24,000 bases of DNA from NCBI RefSeq assembly GCF_050871905.1, contig NZ_JBJLSH010000002.1, positions 127,746 through 151,745 of the forward strand, given 5' to 3'. The notes beneath the pieces were generated by a model that saw only the letters and a list, made by a program, of their open reading frames with translations, made no database searches and was not told where the DNA came from. The DNA comes from Kineococcus sp. SYSU DK004. GTDB taxonomy: Bacteria; Actinomycetota; Actinomycetes; Actinomycetales; Kineococcaceae. Shown in pieces: positions 7,182 through 15,973 of this stretch (position 1 is its first letter; every line of letters begins with the position of its first letter). The position numbers were made by a program, and so were the translations under genes.

Positions 7182-7240
7182 CCCCCACCGTGGTCTTGGG
7201 GGGTTTCCCAGCGAGACCACGGTGGGAGGCGGGAGGCGGG
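7182..7240 (+). repeat. Intergenic palindromic repeat element, copy 2 (core 7188-7222)
   Basis: The core is CCGTGGTCTTGGGGGGTTTCCCAGCGAGACCACGG, in the same orientation as copy 1. The right arm is G-rich (tgggaggcgggaggcggg). It lies between the stop at 7113 and the rsgA start at 7295. Confidence 0.85.
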
Positions 7241-7282
7241 TGCGGGCCGGAAAAGGCGTGGAGCAGCGCGCGGGGGGCGGCC

Positions 7283-7288
7283 TAGCGT
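7283..7288 (+). promoter_or_regulatory. Candidate -10 hexamer (TAGCGT) for a leaderless rsgA transcript
   Basis: In ccTAGCGTcggcgcGTG, the hexamer ends 6 nt before the GTG start at 7295. No Shine-Dalgarno sequence is visible. Confidence 0.35.
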
Positions 7289-7294
7289 CGGCGC

Positions 7295-8296
7295 GTGCCC
7301 GACCTCCTGAGCGACCTCGGCCGCACGGCGGCCGAGCCCGACCCCCCGGACGGCGACCTCGCGCGCGTCGTCCGCGTGCACCGCGGCGCCTGCGACGTCG
7401 CCACCGCCGACGGCGCGGCGCGGGTGGCGACCGCGCGCGACGCCGACCCCGTCACCGGCGACTGGGCCGTCGTGCGCGAGCACCGCCTGGTGCGCCTGCT
7501 GCCCCGGCGCACCCTGCTGGCCCGCGCGGCCGTGGGCGGGGCCTCCCACGAGCAGGCGCTGGCCGCCAACGTCGACACCGTCGCCGTCGTCGTGGCCCCC
7601 GACAGCCGCACCACCACCGCGCGCGTGGAGCGCTTCGTCGCGCTCGCCTGGGGTTCCGGTGCCCGGCCGCTGCTCGTGCTCGCCAAGGCGGACCTCGTCG
7701 CCGACCCGGCGGCCCGCCTCGACGGGCTGGAGGCGGCCGCACCCGGCGTCGACGTCCTCGCCGTCAGCGCCGCGACCGGGCAGGGTCTGGAGCAGCTGCG
7801 CGCCGCCCTCGCCGGGACGGTCGTCCTGCTGGGCTCCTCCGGCGCCGGCAAGTCCACGCTGGTCAACGCCCTGGCCGGGGAGCCGGTGATGGCCACCGAC
7901 GCGGTGCGGGCGGCCGACGGGCGCGGGCGGCACACCACCGTCACCCGCGAGCTGGTGCCCCTGGGCGGCGGTCTGGTGCTGCTGGACACCCCGGGCCTGC
8001 GCGGCGTCGGGGTCGGCGACCTGGACGAGGGCCTGGAGCGGACGTTCTCCGACGTGGAGGACCTCGCGGTGGACTGCCGCTTCGCCGACTGCCGCCACGA
8101 CGGCGAGCCGGGGTGCGCCGTCGCGGCGGCCGTGGACGCCGGCGTGCTCGACGGGCGCCGGCTGGTCAGCCTGCGCCGGCTGGAGCGCGAGCGGGAGTTC
8201 TTCGCATCCCGCACCGACGCCCGCCTGCGCGCCGAGCGCGCCCGCCGCTGGAAGGCGGTCGCGCGCGCCCAGCGCGCCCGCGGCGCCCGGCCCTGA
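7295..8296 (+). CDS. rsgA: Ribosome small-subunit-dependent GTPase A
   Basis: Circularly permuted GTPase motifs are present: LAKADL, LLGSSGAGKSTLVNAL and LLDTPGLRG. The C-terminal zinc knuckle CRFADCRHDGEPGC is also present. Confidence 0.9.
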   Translation: MPDLLSDLGRTAAEPDPPDGDLARVVRVHRGACDVATADGAARVATARDADPVTGDWAVVREHRLVRLLPRRTLLARAAVGGASHEQALAANVDTVAVVVAPDSRTTTARVERFVALAWGSGARPLLVLAKADLVADPAARLDGLEAAAPGVDVLAVSAATGQGLEQLRAALAGTVVLLGSSGAGKSTLVNALAGEPVMATDAVRAADGRGRHTTVTRELVPLGGGLVLLDTPGLRGVGVGDLDEGLERTFSDVEDLAVDCRFADCRHDGEPGCAVAAAVDAGVLDGRRLVSLRRLEREREFFASRTDARLRAERARRWKAVARAQRARGARP

Positions 8297-8303
8297 GCCG
8301 CGC

Positions 8304-8340
8304 CTCGTCAGACGCGGCGTCAGACGGCGTCAGACGGCGT
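8304..8340. repeat. Short tandem repeat of a 10-nt unit (GGCGTCAGAC, ~3.5 copies) spanning the add stop codon
   Basis: The sequence is cctcgtcagacgc ggcgtcagac ggcgtcagac ggcgtc. On the minus strand each unit carries a TGA, and the first of these (8330-8332) is the add stop. Confidence 0.8.
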
Positions 8341-9418
8341 CGTAGCCGGGGCGCACCACGTCGGCAGCCAGTGCCAGGCGCTCCTCGTAGGGCAGGAACG
8401 AGGCCTCCAGCGCGGTGAGGGTGGCGCGGCGCACGTCGTCCACGCCCCAGCCGGCGCCGTCGACGAGGAGGGCGAACTCCCGCGACAGCGAGGTGCGCGA
8501 GACCAGCCGGTTGTCGGTGTTGACCGTCACCTTGAACCCGAGGTCCTTCAGCAGCGTGACCGGGTGCGTCTCGACGGACTCCGCGGCGCCGGTCTGCACG
8601 TTGCTGGAGGGCGCCAGCTCCAGCGGGACGCCGCGGTCGCGCACCCAGCGGGCCAGCCGGCCGAGGGTCGCGTTCGGCATGCCGAAGCGGTCGGTGCCCT
8701 CACCGGCCTGGATGTCCTCGACGATCCGCACGCCGTGCCCGATGCGCTGCGCGCCGCACGTGTGGACGGCGTCGGCGATGCTCGCGGGGCCGTCGGCCTC
8801 GCCGGCGTGGATGGTGACGGGGAAGTTCGCCGCGTGCAGGCGGTCGAAGGCCTCCACGTGCCGCGAGGGCGGGAAGCCCAGCTCGGCGCCGGCGATGTCG
8901 AAGCCGAGGACGCCCTCGTCGCGGTGCCGCAGCGCCAGGTCGGCGATCTCCAGGCCGCGGTCGGCGTGCCGCATGGCGGTGACCAGCTGCCCGGCGCTGA
9001 TGCGGGTGCCGGACTCCGCGGCCCGGCTCCGCCCGCGGTCGATGCCCTCCTGCACCGCGACGACGACCTCGTCGAGGGTCAGGCCGCCGGCCAGGTGCTG
9101 CTCGGGGGCGTAGCGCAGCTCCGCGTGCACGACGCCGTCGGCGGCCAGGTCGAGGACGGCCTCCTCGGCGACGCGGGCCAGGGACTCCGCGTCCTGCATG
9201 ACGGCGACGGTGTGGTCGAAGGTCTCCAGGTAGCGCACGAGCGACCCGGAGTTGGCGGCCTCGTAGAACCAGGCACCCAGCTCGTCGGGGTCGCTGGTCG
9301 GCAGGGTGTGACCGGTCGCGGAGGCGATCTCCACCATCGTCGACGGGCGCAGGCCCCCGTCGAGGTGGTCGTGCAGGGAGACCTTGGGCAGACGGCGCAT
9401 CAGCTCGAGCGTGCTCAC
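8330..9418 (-). CDS. add: Adenosine deaminase
   Basis: Motifs are [19 protein letters not shown] and TVNTDN. It is 362 aa, starts at a GTG, and is syntenic with deoA and cdd. Confidence 0.95.
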   Translation of the reverse strand: MSTLELMRRLPKVSLHDHLDGGLRPSTMVEIASATGHTLPTSDPDELGAWFYEAANSGSLVRYLETFDHTVAVMQDAESLARVAEEAVLDLAADGVVHAELRYAPEQHLAGGLTLDEVVVAVQEGIDRGRSRAAESGTRISAGQLVTAMRHADRGLEIADLALRHRDEGVLGFDIAGAELGFPPSRHVEAFDRLHAANFPVTIHAGEADGPASIADAVHTCGAQRIGHGVRIVEDIQAGEGTDRFGMPNATLGRLARWVRDRGVPLELAPSSNVQTGAAESVETHPVTLLKDLGFKVTVNTDNRLVSRTSLSREFALLVDGAGWGVDDVRRATLTALEASFLPYEERLALAADVVRPGYDAV

Positions 9419-9502
9419 CGGCCCATCCTGCCAACCCTGCGTGTGGGGCGCGCAGCACGGGGTAGGGCGACGGGGACGAGCACCCGATCACCGGAGGACA
9501 CC

Positions 9503-10078
9503 GTGAGCGACGACCGCACCTTCACCCAGGCCGTGCACGACCTCAGCTCCGCGCTGTGGTTCGGCGGCGCCGTCATGGGCATCGCGGGGGTGAACAAGTC
9601 CGGCAGCGACCTGCGCGACGGCCTCGACAAGGTCCGCGTCGCGGGCTCGGCGTGGAAGCGGTTCGCCCCCGTGGAGTGGGCGGGCATCGGCGCCGTGCTG
9701 CTGACCGGCTCGCAGCTGACGAGGTCGAGCAGCCAGCGCATCGCGCTGCAGCAGGGCTACGGGACGGTCGGCGCGCTGAAGGTCGGCTTCGTGCTGGCCG
9801 GGGCGGCGGCCACCGCCTACGCCTCCTACGCCGGCGCGCGGATCGCGCGGGCCGCGGAGGAGGCCGCCGGGCGCGGGGAGACGGTGGACGTGCACGACGC
9901 GACGCGCCCGTCCTCGGCGACGCCGCCGGAGGTGGCCCGCTGGCAGGAGCGCCAGCGCGTCGTGCAGTTCGCGATCCCCGTCCTGGCCGGCGGCAACATC
10001 GTGTGCAACGCGGCGCTGACCCAGTCCTACCGGGCGGGTGCCACCGTCAAGGGCGTCCTGGGCCGCCTCCTGCCCTGA
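9503..10078 (+). CDS. Hypothetical integral membrane protein (about four predicted TM helices, 191 aa)
   Basis: This is the 3' part of ORF 8564..10078. The GTG at 9503 is preceded by a strong Shine-Dalgarno site (ccGGAGGAcacc). Hydrophobic segments are LSSALWFGGAVMGIAGV, WAGIGAVLLTG, LKVGFVLAGAAATAYASYAG and VVQFAIPVLAGGNIVCNAAL. I recognise no family. Confidence 0.7.
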   Translation: MSDDRTFTQAVHDLSSALWFGGAVMGIAGVNKSGSDLRDGLDKVRVAGSAWKRFAPVEWAGIGAVLLTGSQLTRSSSQRIALQQGYGTVGALKVGFVLAGAAATAYASYAGARIARAAEEAAGRGETVDVHDATRPSSATPPEVARWQERQRVVQFAIPVLAGGNIVCNAALTQSYRAGATVKGVLGRLLP

Positions 10079-10095
10079 CGCCGGCCCGTCCGCAC

Positions 10096-10121
10096 CGCCG
10101 CCCCCGTCCGCGGGGGCGGCG
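10096..10121. terminator. GC-rich hairpin between convergent genes (bidirectional intrinsic-terminator candidate, no U-tract)
   Basis: It has a perfect 11-bp stem, cgccgcccccg / cgggggcggcg, with the loop tccg. It sits between the stop at 10078 and the deoA stop at 10145. Confidence 0.6.
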
Positions 10122-10144
10122 CTGCTGTGTCGGGCAGTGCTGCG

Positions 10145-11446
10145 TCAGGACGAGATCCGCTCGTGCACCAGCGGCGGGACGGCGGGGGCCTCGGCGGTGA
10201 CGGGCAGCCCGCCCTCCAGCGCCTGCAGCGCCCACTCGAAGCGCTCCGGGGTGTCGGTGTGCAGGGTGAGCAGCCGCTGCCCGGCGCGCACGCTGTCCCC
10301 GCGCACCGCGTGCAGCTCGACCCCGGCGCCGGCCTGCACGGCCTCCTCGCGGCGCGAGCGCCCGGCGCCCAGCCGCCACGCCGCGACCCCGACGGCCATC
10401 GCGTCGACGTCCAGGTAGCCGTCGGCGTCGGCGACGACGTCGTGGGTGTGCCGGGCGGTGGGCAGGGCCGCGTCCGGGTCGCCGCCCTGCGCGGCGATCA
10501 TCCGCCGCCAGGCGTCCATGGCACGCCCGTCGGCCAGCGCGTCGGCCGGGTCGACGGCGTCGAGGCCGACCGAGGCGAGCATCTCCCGCGCCAGCACGAG
10601 GGTGACCTCCACCAGGTCGGCGGGCCCGCCGCCGGCGAGGACCTCCACGGACTCGCGCACCTCCAGCGCGTTGCCGGCGGTGCGGCCCAGCGGGGTGGAC
10701 ATGTCGGTGATGACGGCGGTGGTGCGCACGCCCGCGTCGGTGCCCAGGTCGACCATCGTCCGGGCCAGCTCGCGCGAGAGCTCCAGGTCCTTCATGAAGG
10801 CGCCGGAGCCGGTCTTGACGTCGAGGACGAGCGCGCTGGTGCCCTCGGCGATCTTCTTGCTCATGATGGAGCTGGCGATGAGGGGGACGGCCTCGACGGT
10901 GCCGGTGACGTCGCGCAGCGCGTACAGCTTCTTGTCAGCGGGGGCGAGGTCGCCGGTGGCGGCGCAGATGACGGCGCCGACCTCGACGAGCTGGCGGCGC
11001 ACCTCCTCCAGGCTCAGCGACGCCCGCCAGCCGGGGACCGCCTCCAGCTTGTCCAGGGTGCCGCCGGTGTGCCCGAGGCCGCGGCCGGACAGCTGCGGGA
11101 CGGCCGCGCCGCAGGCGGCCACGAGGGGCGCCAGCGGCAGGGTGGTCTTGTCCCCCACGCCGCCGGTGGAGTGCTTGTCGACGCTGGGGCGGGGCAGGTC
11201 GGTGAAGTCGAGGCGCGCGCCGCTGGCGATCATCGCGGACGTCCACCGGCTGACCTCGGCGCGGGTCATCCCGTTGAGCAGGACGGCCATCGCCAGCGCC
11301 GACATCTGCTCCTCGGCGACCTCCCCGCGCGTGTAGGCGTCGACGACCCAGTCGATCTGCTCGCCGGACAGCTCGCCGCGGTCGCGCTTGGTGCGGATGA
11401 CGTCGACGGCGGCGAAGCGCTGCGGCGCGGGGGTCGGGGACGTCAC
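10145..11446 (-). CDS. deoA: Thymidine (pyrimidine-nucleoside) phosphorylase
   Basis: Motifs are VIRTKRDRGELS, VDKHSTGGVGDKTTL and SGRGLGHTGGTLDKLE. It is 433 aa and starts at a GTG 6 nt after the cdd stop. Confidence 0.95.
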   Translation of the reverse strand: MTSPTPAPQRFAAVDVIRTKRDRGELSGEQIDWVVDAYTRGEVAEEQMSALAMAVLLNGMTRAEVSRWTSAMIASGARLDFTDLPRPSVDKHSTGGVGDKTTLPLAPLVAACGAAVPQLSGRGLGHTGGTLDKLEAVPGWRASLSLEEVRRQLVEVGAVICAATGDLAPADKKLYALRDVTGTVEAVPLIASSIMSKKIAEGTSALVLDVKTGSGAFMKDLELSRELARTMVDLGTDAGVRTTAVITDMSTPLGRTAGNALEVRESVEVLAGGGPADLVEVTLVLAREMLASVGLDAVDPADALADGRAMDAWRRMIAAQGGDPDAALPTARHTHDVVADADGYLDVDAMAVGVAAWRLGAGRSRREEAVQAGAGVELHAVRGDSVRAGQRLLTLHTDTPERFEWALQALEGGLPVTAEAPAVPPLVHERISS

Positions 11447-11452
11447 GGCGGA

Positions 11453-11881
11453 TCAGGCCTTCCGGGAGGGGTCGGTGAGGTCGTGCGGGCCGAAGGCGTC
11501 GGGCAGCACGTCGGTCATGGGCCGCACGCCGCGGGGGGTGTCGACGAGCAGGTCGGGGCCGCCGAACTCCCACAGCAGCTGCCGGCAGCGCCCGCACGGC
11601 ATGAGGACGCCGCCGGCGCCGTCGACGCAGGCGAACGCGACGAGGCGCCCGCCGCCGCTCATCCGCAGCTGCCCGACGAGGGTGCACTCGGCGCACAGCG
11701 TGACGCCGTAGGAGGCGTTCTCGACGTTGCACCCGGTGACGACGCGGCCGTCGTCGACGAGCGCGGCCGCGCCGACGGGGAAGCGCGAGTAGGGCACGTA
11801 GGCGTGGGCGAGGGCCTCGCGGGCCGCCGCGCGCAGCGCCTCGAAGTCGGGCGCGCCCGCGGGCCCGGTGCCGCCGGTCAC
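11453..11881 (-). CDS. cdd: Cytidine deaminase
   Basis: This is the 3' part of ORF 11453..12916. The zinc motifs CAECTLVG and PCGRCRQLL are present. The GTG start overlaps the upstream permease stop (GTGA at 11878-11881). Confidence 0.9.
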   Translation of the reverse strand: MTGGTGPAGAPDFEALRAAAREALAHAYVPYSRFPVGAAALVDDGRVVTGCNVENASYGVTLCAECTLVGQLRMSGGGRLVAFACVDGAGGVLMPCGRCRQLLWEFGGPDLLVDTPRGVRPMTDVLPDAFGPHDLTDPSRKA

Positions 11882-13185
11882 GGGTAGGGCTCCCCGCTGG
11901 CGGCGGGCGGTCGGACCCGTCCGACGAACCCGGCCACGGCGAGGATCGTCGCCAGGTACGGCAGCATCGCCAGGAAGCTGGAGGGCACCAGCCCCGGCGT
12001 GGGCAGGATGCCGACGAGGGTCTGCAGGGCGTTGAAGAACCCGAACAGCAGGGCGGCGCCGAGGGCGCCCTTGGGGCTCCAGCGCCCGAAGATGACGGCG
12101 GCCAGGGCGATGAACCCCTTGCCGGCGGACATGTTCTCGGTGAAGGGGCCGATGGTGCCGATCGACAGGTACGCCCCGGCCAGGCCGGCCATGCCGCCGG
12201 CGACGACGACGTTGGTGTAGCGCACGCGCTGCACGCCGATGCCGAGGGTGGCGGCGGCCTTGGGGTGCTCGCCGACGGCGCGGGTGCGCAGCCCCCAGCG
12301 GGTGCGGAACAGCACCACCTGCAGCGCGATGATCAGCACGTACATGACGTAGACGACGACGTTGGCGTCGAACAGCAGCGGCCCGATCACCGGGATGTCG
12401 CTGAGCACGGGCACGGGCAGGCGCTGCAGCACGCCCGGGGAGTTGTACCGGGCGGTGTCGGTCTGCATGACGGCCTTGTACGCCCAGCCGGTGAACCCGA
12501 GGGCGGCCGCGTTGAGGACGACGCCGAGGATGACCTGGTTGACGCGGTAGCGGATGGCGAACACCGCCAGCAGCGCGCCGACGACCATGCCGGACACGAC
12601 GGCGCCGACGATCCCGGAGGCCAGCCCGGCCAGCGAGCCGACGAGGGCCCCGGCGAACGCGCCGGTGAGCATCTGCCCCTCGATGGCGACGTTGACGACA
12701 CCGCTGCGCTCCCCCAGCACGCCGGCCATCGCCCCGAGGATGAGCGGGGTGGCCAGGAACACCGTGGACTGCAGCAGCTGCACGACGTCCAGGGAGCCGC
12801 CGCCGCGGTCGCCACCGCTCATCGCCCAGCACAGGAACGCCACGACGAAGCAGAACAGGGTGACGGCGATGAGGACCGGGGTGCGCTTGGCGCGGAACCC
12901 GCGGGCCAGCTGCCACAGGCCCAGCGCGACGACGACGGCCCCCAGCAGGACGGGGGTGACGACGCCGGGCACGGTCAGGTCGGGCAGGGCGACCGCCGCG
13001 CCGCCGCCGAAGCGGAACGTGGCGTCGCCACTGCCGGACCCCAGGCCCCAGCCGAGGACGGCGACGAGGCCGACGACGACCAGGACGGCGCCGGTGACGA
13101 CGCGGGTGCGCAGGCTGACGACGGGCTCGACGACGTCGTGGACGACGACGGCCTCGGGGCGCACCTCGGGCGCGGCGGCGCTCAC
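11878..13185 (-). CDS. ABC transporter permease (BMP/nucleoside-type uptake system, second permease)
   Basis: This is the 3' part of ORF 11878..14214. It is a multi-TM protein with the motif GERSGVVNVAIEGQML. The GTG at 13185 overlaps the upstream stop (GTGA); the GTG at 13194 is an alternative start. Confidence 0.85.
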   Translation of the reverse strand: MSAAAPEVRPEAVVVHDVVEPVVSLRTRVVTGAVLVVVGLVAVLGWGLGSGSGDATFRFGGGAAVALPDLTVPGVVTPVLLGAVVVALGLWQLARGFRAKRTPVLIAVTLFCFVVAFLCWAMSGGDRGGGSLDVVQLLQSTVFLATPLILGAMAGVLGERSGVVNVAIEGQMLTGAFAGALVGSLAGLASGIVGAVVSGMVVGALLAVFAIRYRVNQVILGVVLNAAALGFTGWAYKAVMQTDTARYNSPGVLQRLPVPVLSDIPVIGPLLFDANVVVYVMYVLIIALQVVLFRTRWGLRTRAVGEHPKAAATLGIGVQRVRYTNVVVAGGMAGLAGAYLSIGTIGPFTENMSAGKGFIALAAVIFGRWSPKGALGAALLFGFFNALQTLVGILPTPGLVPSSFLAMLPYLATILAVAGFVGRVRPPAASGEPYP

Positions 13186-14399
13186 CGCGTCCACCCCCCG
13201 GCCAGCTCGCTGCCGACGCCGGACCCGCCGGCGCGGATCCGGAACACCGAGCGGACCAGCGCGGGCGCGGCGATGAACAGCACGATCATCGCCTGCAGGA
13301 CCCCGACCAGGTCGACGGGCACGCCCGTGGACGCCTGCATCTGCACCCCTCCCGCGCGCAGGCCGCCGAACAGCAGGCCGGCGGCGATGACGCCGTACGG
13401 GTTGTTGCGCCCCAGCAGGGCGACGGTGATGGCGTCGAAGCCGACGGTGCCGGCGACGCTGCCGGTGACGCTGCCGGTGACGCCGAGCACCTGCGAGGCG
13501 CCGGCCAGGCCGGCCAGGCCGCCGGCCAGGCCCATCGCGACGACCTGCAGCCGTCCGACGTCCATGCCCGCGGTGCGGGCGGCGTCGGGGTTGGCGCCGA
13601 CGGCGCGCAGCCGGAACCCGAGGCGGGAGCGGCTGAACAGCCACCACACGGCGACCGCGGCCAGCAGGGCCAGGAAGAGGCCCAGGTGCACGCGCAGCGG
13701 GGAGCCGAGCAGCAGCGGCAGCCGGGCCGTGTCCGCGACGGCCTCGGAGATGGCCTGCCCGTAGGGCGGGCGCTGGAAGCCGCGCTGGGTGAGCAGGAAG
13801 TTCAGCAGGTTCAGCGCGACGTAGTTCAGCATGATCGTCGTGATGACCTCGTGGGCGCCGGTGCGGGCCTTGAGCCAGCCGACGATCCCGCCCCACAGCG
13901 TCCCGCCGAGCAGGCCGCCGACCACCGCGACCAGCAGGTGCAGCCCGACGGGCAGCTGCCAGGTGAACCCGACCCAGGCGGCGACGATCGCGCCGAGCAC
14001 GATCTGCCCCTGCGCGCCGATGTTGAACAGCCCGACCCGGAACGACAGCGCGACACCGAGCCCGGCCAGGATCAGCGGGGTCGCGTTGACGAGGGTCTCC
14101 GAGATCGGCCCGAGCGCCCCGCGCCCGGACAGGTTCGGGCTGTAGACGGCGCCCTGGAACAGGGCGAGGTAGGCGTCGCGGACGGCGTACCAAGCCTCGG
14201 TGAACGTGTCCCACGGGTAGGAGAAGAAGTACCCGGCGGCGGCGCGGGTGCGCTCGTCGCCCACGGCGATGAGCAGGGCGCCGACGACGAGGGCGGCCAG
14301 GACGGCGCAGGCCGTCACCAGCCAGCCGCCGCCGGTGCGCCGGCGCCGCCGCTCGGGCGGGGCCTGCGCCGGCTGCGCGGCCGGTGCGGTGGTGCTCAC
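13182..14399 (-). CDS. ABC transporter permease (BMP/nucleoside-type uptake system, first permease)
   Basis: ORF of 405 aa, multi-TM, with the motif FNIGAQGQIVLGA. The GTG start overlaps the ATPase stop (GTGA at 14396-14399). Confidence 0.9.
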   Translation of the reverse strand: MSTTAPAAQPAQAPPERRRRRTGGGWLVTACAVLAALVVGALLIAVGDERTRAAAGYFFSYPWDTFTEAWYAVRDAYLALFQGAVYSPNLSGRGALGPISETLVNATPLILAGLGVALSFRVGLFNIGAQGQIVLGAIVAAWVGFTWQLPVGLHLLVAVVGGLLGGTLWGGIVGWLKARTGAHEVITTIMLNYVALNLLNFLLTQRGFQRPPYGQAISEAVADTARLPLLLGSPLRVHLGLFLALLAAVAVWWLFSRSRLGFRLRAVGANPDAARTAGMDVGRLQVVAMGLAGGLAGLAGASQVLGVTGSVTGSVAGTVGFDAITVALLGRNNPYGVIAAGLLFGGLRAGGVQMQASTGVPVDLVGVLQAMIVLFIAAPALVRSVFRIRAGGSGVGSELAGGWTR

Positions 14400-15973
14400 G
14401 CGGTGCCTCCCTGGCTGGGCGCGTCGGTGGTGCCGGGGACGCCGGCGGGACCGGCGGTGTCGTCGGTGGCGTCGGCGCGGCGGGCGCCGGCCATCAGCAG
14501 GCCGATCTCCTCCTGGCTGGCGTCGGGGGCGACCTCGCCGGCGATCCGGCCCCGGTAGAGGACGACGATGCGGTCGGCGAGGGCGCGCACCTCGTCCAGC
14601 TCGGTGGAGACCAGGACGACGGCGGCGCCGCGGTCGCGCTCGGCGACGATGCGCTGGTGGACGAACTCCTGGCTGCCGACGTCCACGCCACGGGTGGGCT
14701 GGGCGACGACGAGCAGGTCCAGCGGGCGGGACATCTCGCGCGCCAGGACGACCTTCTGCTGGTTGCCGCCCGACAGCGTCGAGACGGGCGCCTCGGCCGA
14801 CGGGGTGCGGATGTCGAACTCGCGCACGCGCTCCTCGGCGTTGCGGCGCACCGCGGCGCGGTCCACCGACGGCCCGGAGGAGAAGCCGGGCGAGTCGACG
14901 AGGTCGAGCACGAGGTTCTCGGCGATGGAGAAGGAGCCGACGAGCCCGTCGTGGGTGCGGTCCTCCGGCACGTACCCGACGCCGAGGTCGAGGACCTGGC
15001 GCACCGACATCCCGGCCGTCTCGCGACCGCCGATGCGCACCGAGCCGCTCCCGGGCCGCTGCAGGCCGACGATCGCGCGGGTCAGCTCGGTCTGGCCGTT
15101 GCCGTCGACGCCCGCCACGGCCAGCACCTCCCCGGCGCGCACCTGCAGCGACACGTCGTCGACGAGGACGGTGCCGGCGGCGTCGGTGACGCGCAGGTCG
15201 CTGACCTCCAGGACCGGCGCGCCCGGGCGGGCGGGTTCCTTGGCGACGGTCAGGCGCACGTCGCGGCCGACCATGAGGGCGGCCAGCTCCTCGGCGGAGG
15301 CGCTGGGCAGCGCCTCGCCGACCACCCTGCCGCGGCGGATGACGGTGATGCGGTCGGCGACCGCGCGCACCTCGCGCAGCTTGTGCGTGATGAACACGAT
15401 GGAGGTCCCCGCGTCGGCGAGCTCGCGCATGACGCGCATGAGGTCGTCGGTCTCGGCGGGCGTCAGGACGGCCGTGGGCTCGTCGAGGACGAGGACCTTC
15501 GCGTCCCGCAGCAGCGCCTTGACGATCTCCACGCGCTGCTGCACGCCGACCGCGAGGTCGGCCACCAGCGCGTCGGGCGGGACGGCCAGGCCGAACCGCT
15601 CGGAGGTCTCCACGACCCGCCGGCGGGCGCGGCGGCGGTCCAGGAGACCGCCGCCGCTGGTCAGCTCGGCGCCCAGGACGATGTTCTCGGTGGCCGTGAA
15701 CGTGGGCACGAGCATGAAGTGCTGGTGCACCATGCCGATCCCGGCGGCCATCGCGTCGCCCGGGGAGGAGAACCGCTGCGGCACCCCGTCGACGAGCACC
15801 TCGCCCTCGTCGGGCTGGTGCAGGCCGTACAGGACGTTCATCAGCGTGCTCTTGCCGGCGCCGTTCTCGCCCAGGAGGGCGTGGATCTCGCCCTCCCGGA
15901 CCGTGAGGTCGATGCCGTCGTTGGCGACGAGGGCACCGAAGCGCTTGGTGATCCCCCGGAGTTCCAGCTCCAC
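14396..15973 (-). CDS. ABC transporter ATP-binding protein with duplicated ATPase domains
   Basis: Walker A is GENGAGKST. The signature/Walker B pairs are LAVGVQQRVEIVKAL..VLVLDEPT and LSGGNQQKVVLAREM..LLVVAQPTRGVD. It is 525 aa. Confidence 0.95.
   Translation of the reverse strand: MELELRGITKRFGALVANDGIDLTVREGEIHALLGENGAGKSTLMNVLYGLHQPDEGEVLVDGVPQRFSSPGDAMAAGIGMVHQHFMLVPTFTATENIVLGAELTSGGGLLDRRRARRRVVETSERFGLAVPPDALVADLAVGVQQRVEIVKALLRDAKVLVLDEPTAVLTPAETDDLMRVMRELADAGTSIVFITHKLREVRAVADRITVIRRGRVVGEALPSASAEELAALMVGRDVRLTVAKEPARPGAPVLEVSDLRVTDAAGTVLVDDVSLQVRAGEVLAVAGVDGNGQTELTRAIVGLQRPGSGSVRIGGRETAGMSVRQVLDLGVGYVPEDRTHDGLVGSFSIAENLVLDLVDSPGFSSGPSVDRAAVRRNAEERVREFDIRTPSAEAPVSTLSGGNQQKVVLAREMSRPLDLLVVAQPTRGVDVGSQEFVHQRIVAERDRGAAVVLVSTELDEVRALADRIVVLYRGRIAGEVAPDASQEEIGLLMAGARRADATDDTAGPAGVPGTTDAPSQGGTA

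Noticed and set aside
3808-8098. Two minus-strand ORFs of more than 1000 aa (3808..6963 and 4964..8098) that could be mistaken for giant proteins
   Set aside because: Both are Arg/Pro/Ala/Gly/Ser-rich with no recognisable domains. They lie antisense to the PHP, ALDH-like and rsgA genes, whose frames show the expected GC3 saturation and family motifs. I treat them as shadow ORFs.
13186-14214. Upstream extension of ORF 11878..14214, which would fuse the two permeases into a 778-aa protein
   Set aside because: The extension is Arg/Pro-rich nonsense overlapping the first permease (13182..14399) in another frame. The permease-like sequence starts at the GTG at 13185, which overlaps the upstream stop.
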